A DNA stretch of 64,000 nucleotides from an uncultured Chloroflexia bacterium (GTDB taxonomy: Bacteria > Chloroflexota > Limnocylindria > Limnocylindrales > CSP1-4): NCBI GenBank assembly GCA_963707215.1, contig CAVPPB010000003.1:832001-896000 (forward strand), written 5' to 3'. Position 1 is the stretch's first letter; each line of letters starts with the position of its first letter. The notes under the pieces are model-generated. The model did no database searches. It saw only the letters and a program-made list of their open reading frames with translations, and had not been told where the DNA came from. Made by a program: the position numbers and the translations under genes. Positions 62,208-64,000 of this stretch are shown here, one piece after another.

Positions 62208-62375
62208 ATCCGGCGGCCGGGACGCTGGTCGATGGTCGACCGCGGCCCCGGCGAGCAGCCCGCCGTGGCGATCCGCTGGTCGATCCGGTCCCTCGAGGGG
62301 GATGGGCGCTGGCGGATGGCCCTCCACCACTGGACGCCGCTTCGCTGACACCGCCTCCACCGGAGGTGTCCGAGC

Positions 62376-63050
62376 CTAGCCCGGGCGTATCTGGTCCGCG
62401 CTGACGCCGAGCCCGATCGGACAGGCGACCCCGGTCGAGTGGTCGGGGCAGTAGCCGTTCGGGTTCTTCGAGAGGTACTGCTGGTGCTCGGCCTCGGCGA
62501 AGTAGAAGGGCGGCGCCTCGACGATCTCGGTCGTGATGGGGCCGAAGCCGGCCGCCGTCAGGCGCTCCTGGTAGGCCGCACGGGAGGCCTCCGCCAGCCG
62601 GCGCTGCTCGGCGTCGAGCACGCCGATCATCGAGCGGTACTGGGTCCCGACGTCGTTGCCCTGGCGCATCCCCTGGGTCGGGTCGTGGTGCTCCCAGAAG
62701 ACCTTGAGGAGCTGCTCGTATGACACGACAGCCGGGTCGAAGACCACCTTGACGACCTCGGCATGGCCGGTCCGACCGGTGCATGCCTCGCGGTAGGTCG
62801 GGTTGGGGGTCGAGCCCCCGGCGTAGCCGACCGCCGTGACGAGCACGCCCGGCGTCTGCCAGAAGGCCTTCTCGGCGCCCCAGTAGCAGCCCAGCCCGAA
62901 CACCGCCTGCTGGCTGCCGTCGGGGTACGGCCCGGCCAGCGGGGCGCCGTTGACGTGATGGCGCTCGGCGGTCGGGATGGGCTCCGGGCGGCCGGGCAGG
63001 GCCTCGGCCGGGGCCGGCATCCGGGTCTTGGGCTGGTCGAAGGACCACAT
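62376..63050 (-). CDS. msrA: Peptide methionine sulfoxide reductase A
   Basis: GCYWG, VGYAGG, GHAEVV, HDPTQ..RQGND.GTQYRS, AE.EHQQYL.KNPNGYC. Confidence 0.95.
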   Translation of the reverse strand: MWSFDQPKTRMPAPAEALPGRPEPIPTAERHHVNGAPLAGPYPDGSQQAVFGLGCYWGAEKAFWQTPGVLVTAVGYAGGSTPNPTYREACTGRTGHAEVVKVVFDPAVVSYEQLLKVFWEHHDPTQGMRQGNDVGTQYRSMIGVLDAEQRRLAEASRAAYQERLTAAGFGPITTEIVEAPPFYFAEAEHQQYLSKNPNGYCPDHSTGVACPIGLGVSADQIRPG

Positions 63051-63156
63051 GTCGGATCCCTTCCTAGGGTTCGGATACGGGGATGGTACCCGCAGGCGGG
63101 CGGGACGCCGCGCGCACGGGGTGATGGGGACCATACGCACGATCGGTGACGAGCCA

Positions 63157-64000
63157 GTGACGGCACAGCCGGGTCTTCCTCTTGACCAGCGGCTGGATGA
63201 TGAACTCGTGGCGTCCCGTCTCCGCGAGCCGGTCCGGGCGATCTCGTTCCGACCACTCATCTGGCTCTTCCACATGGCCCTGCCGCTGGCCGGGTTGTGG
63301 CTCCTGCTCGGCAGCCCCGGCCTCGACGTGGCCTGGCAGGACAACGTCGCCCACTTCTGGCTGGTCCTCGTCACCGCACTCATCGGGCTCGGGCTGGCCA
63401 TCCTCGTCGGCGTCGGGGCCCATCGCCACGACGATGCCCGGCTCTACCTCGTAGCCCTTGGCTTCTCCACCGCGGCCGGCTTCCTCGCCCTCCACGCGCT
63501 GGTGACGCCGGCGGTCGTGGTCCCGGCTGCGAACGCTGCCTTCAACCTGGCGACACCGATCGGCGTGGCGGCAGCCGCCGTCTTCGCGTTCATCGCCACT
63601 CTCGGCATGCCGAGCGGGCGTGCGGCGCGGATCCTCCGCTGGCGCGTCGGTCTGGCGGTGCTGGTGGTGCTGGCGATGGCCGCCTGGACGGTCGCCTCGG
63701 TGGCGCCGGGGTCACCGCTGGCCGTGCCGCTCGAGCCGGCTGTCAACCGGGCCATCATCGGAGCGCTCGCGGTCGTGGGCATCGGCCTGTATGTCCTCGC
63801 AGCCTGGCGATCGATCCGGCGCTACCGGGTCCGTCCCTCCGTGGTGCTCCTCTCGATCATCACGGCCGAGGTGCTCCTCGCCGAGTCGCTGGTGGCCATG
63901 GCGACGGCGGCGAACTGGCACGCCTCGTGGTGGCTGTGGCACGTCCTGATGGCCATCGCCTTCGCCTACATCGCGTACGCGGCTCATGTCCAGTACCGCC
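63157..64000 (+). CDS. Multi-pass membrane protein, partial (likely sensor N-terminus of a cyclase or kinase); runs off the window
   Basis: Open frame from GTG 63157 to the end, absent from the ORF track: [32 protein letters not shown]...[12 protein letters not shown]. Confidence 0.7.
   Translation, partial: MTAQPGLPLDQRLDDELVASRLREPVRAISFRPLIWLFHMALPLAGLWLLLGSPGLDVAWQDNVAHFWLVLVTALIGLGLAILVGVGAHRHDDARLYLVALGFSTAAGFLALHALVTPAVVVPAANAAFNLATPIGVAAAAVFAFIATLGMPSGRAARILRWRVGLAVLVVLAMAAWTVASVAPGSPLAVPLEPAVNRAIIGALAVVGIGLYVLAAWRSIRRYRVRPSVVLLSIITAEVLLAESLVAMATAANWHASWWLWHVLMAIAFAYIAYAAHVQYR

Overview
A 64-kb, very GC-rich (about 70% or more by eye, not computed), densely coding chromosomal segment with about 57 supportable CDS. 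I see no rRNA, tRNA, CRISPR array, transposase or integrase. Gene content and a perfect AGAAC-N4-GTTCT LexA-type box suggest a Chloroflexota genome, possibly Limnocylindria-like (inference). Main blocks: (i) the 3' part of a trimethylamine-dehydrogenase-like flavoenzyme plus small accessory genes; (ii) a ~19.5-kb amino-sugar/unknown-glycoside catabolic region (UroD-like enzyme, GntR/UTRA regulator, ROK kinase, AraC-GNAT/Old-Yellow-Enzyme module, CUT2 ABC transporter, SIS protein, deoC, TIM-barrel isomerase, two Gfo/Idh/MocA dehydrogenases, nagB, nagA); (iii) housekeeping genes (sugar ABC ATPase, Nudix, pncB, glgC, M23 peptidase, prepilin peptidase, pepA, add); (iv) a zinc-ribbon/class III cyclase/STAND/TPR protein flanked by adenosine deaminase, a HAD-IIA phosphatase and a NYN nuclease; (v) a zinc-ribbon membrane protein plus ccsA; (vi) class II ribonucleotide reductase nrdJ, preceded by a LexA-box promoter, a helically phased array of DnaA-box-like 9-mers, two NrdR boxes and a second promoter; (vii) GGDEF-EAL, a GcvT-like plus phytoene-desaturase-like pair, PAC2, an ABC-2 exporter, msrA and a truncated membrane protein. 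glgC (one extra base) and nrdJ (two extra bases plus suspicious Cys codons) are frameshifted, most likely through consensus errors. Many genes appear leaderless. All calls come from motif recognition without database searches.
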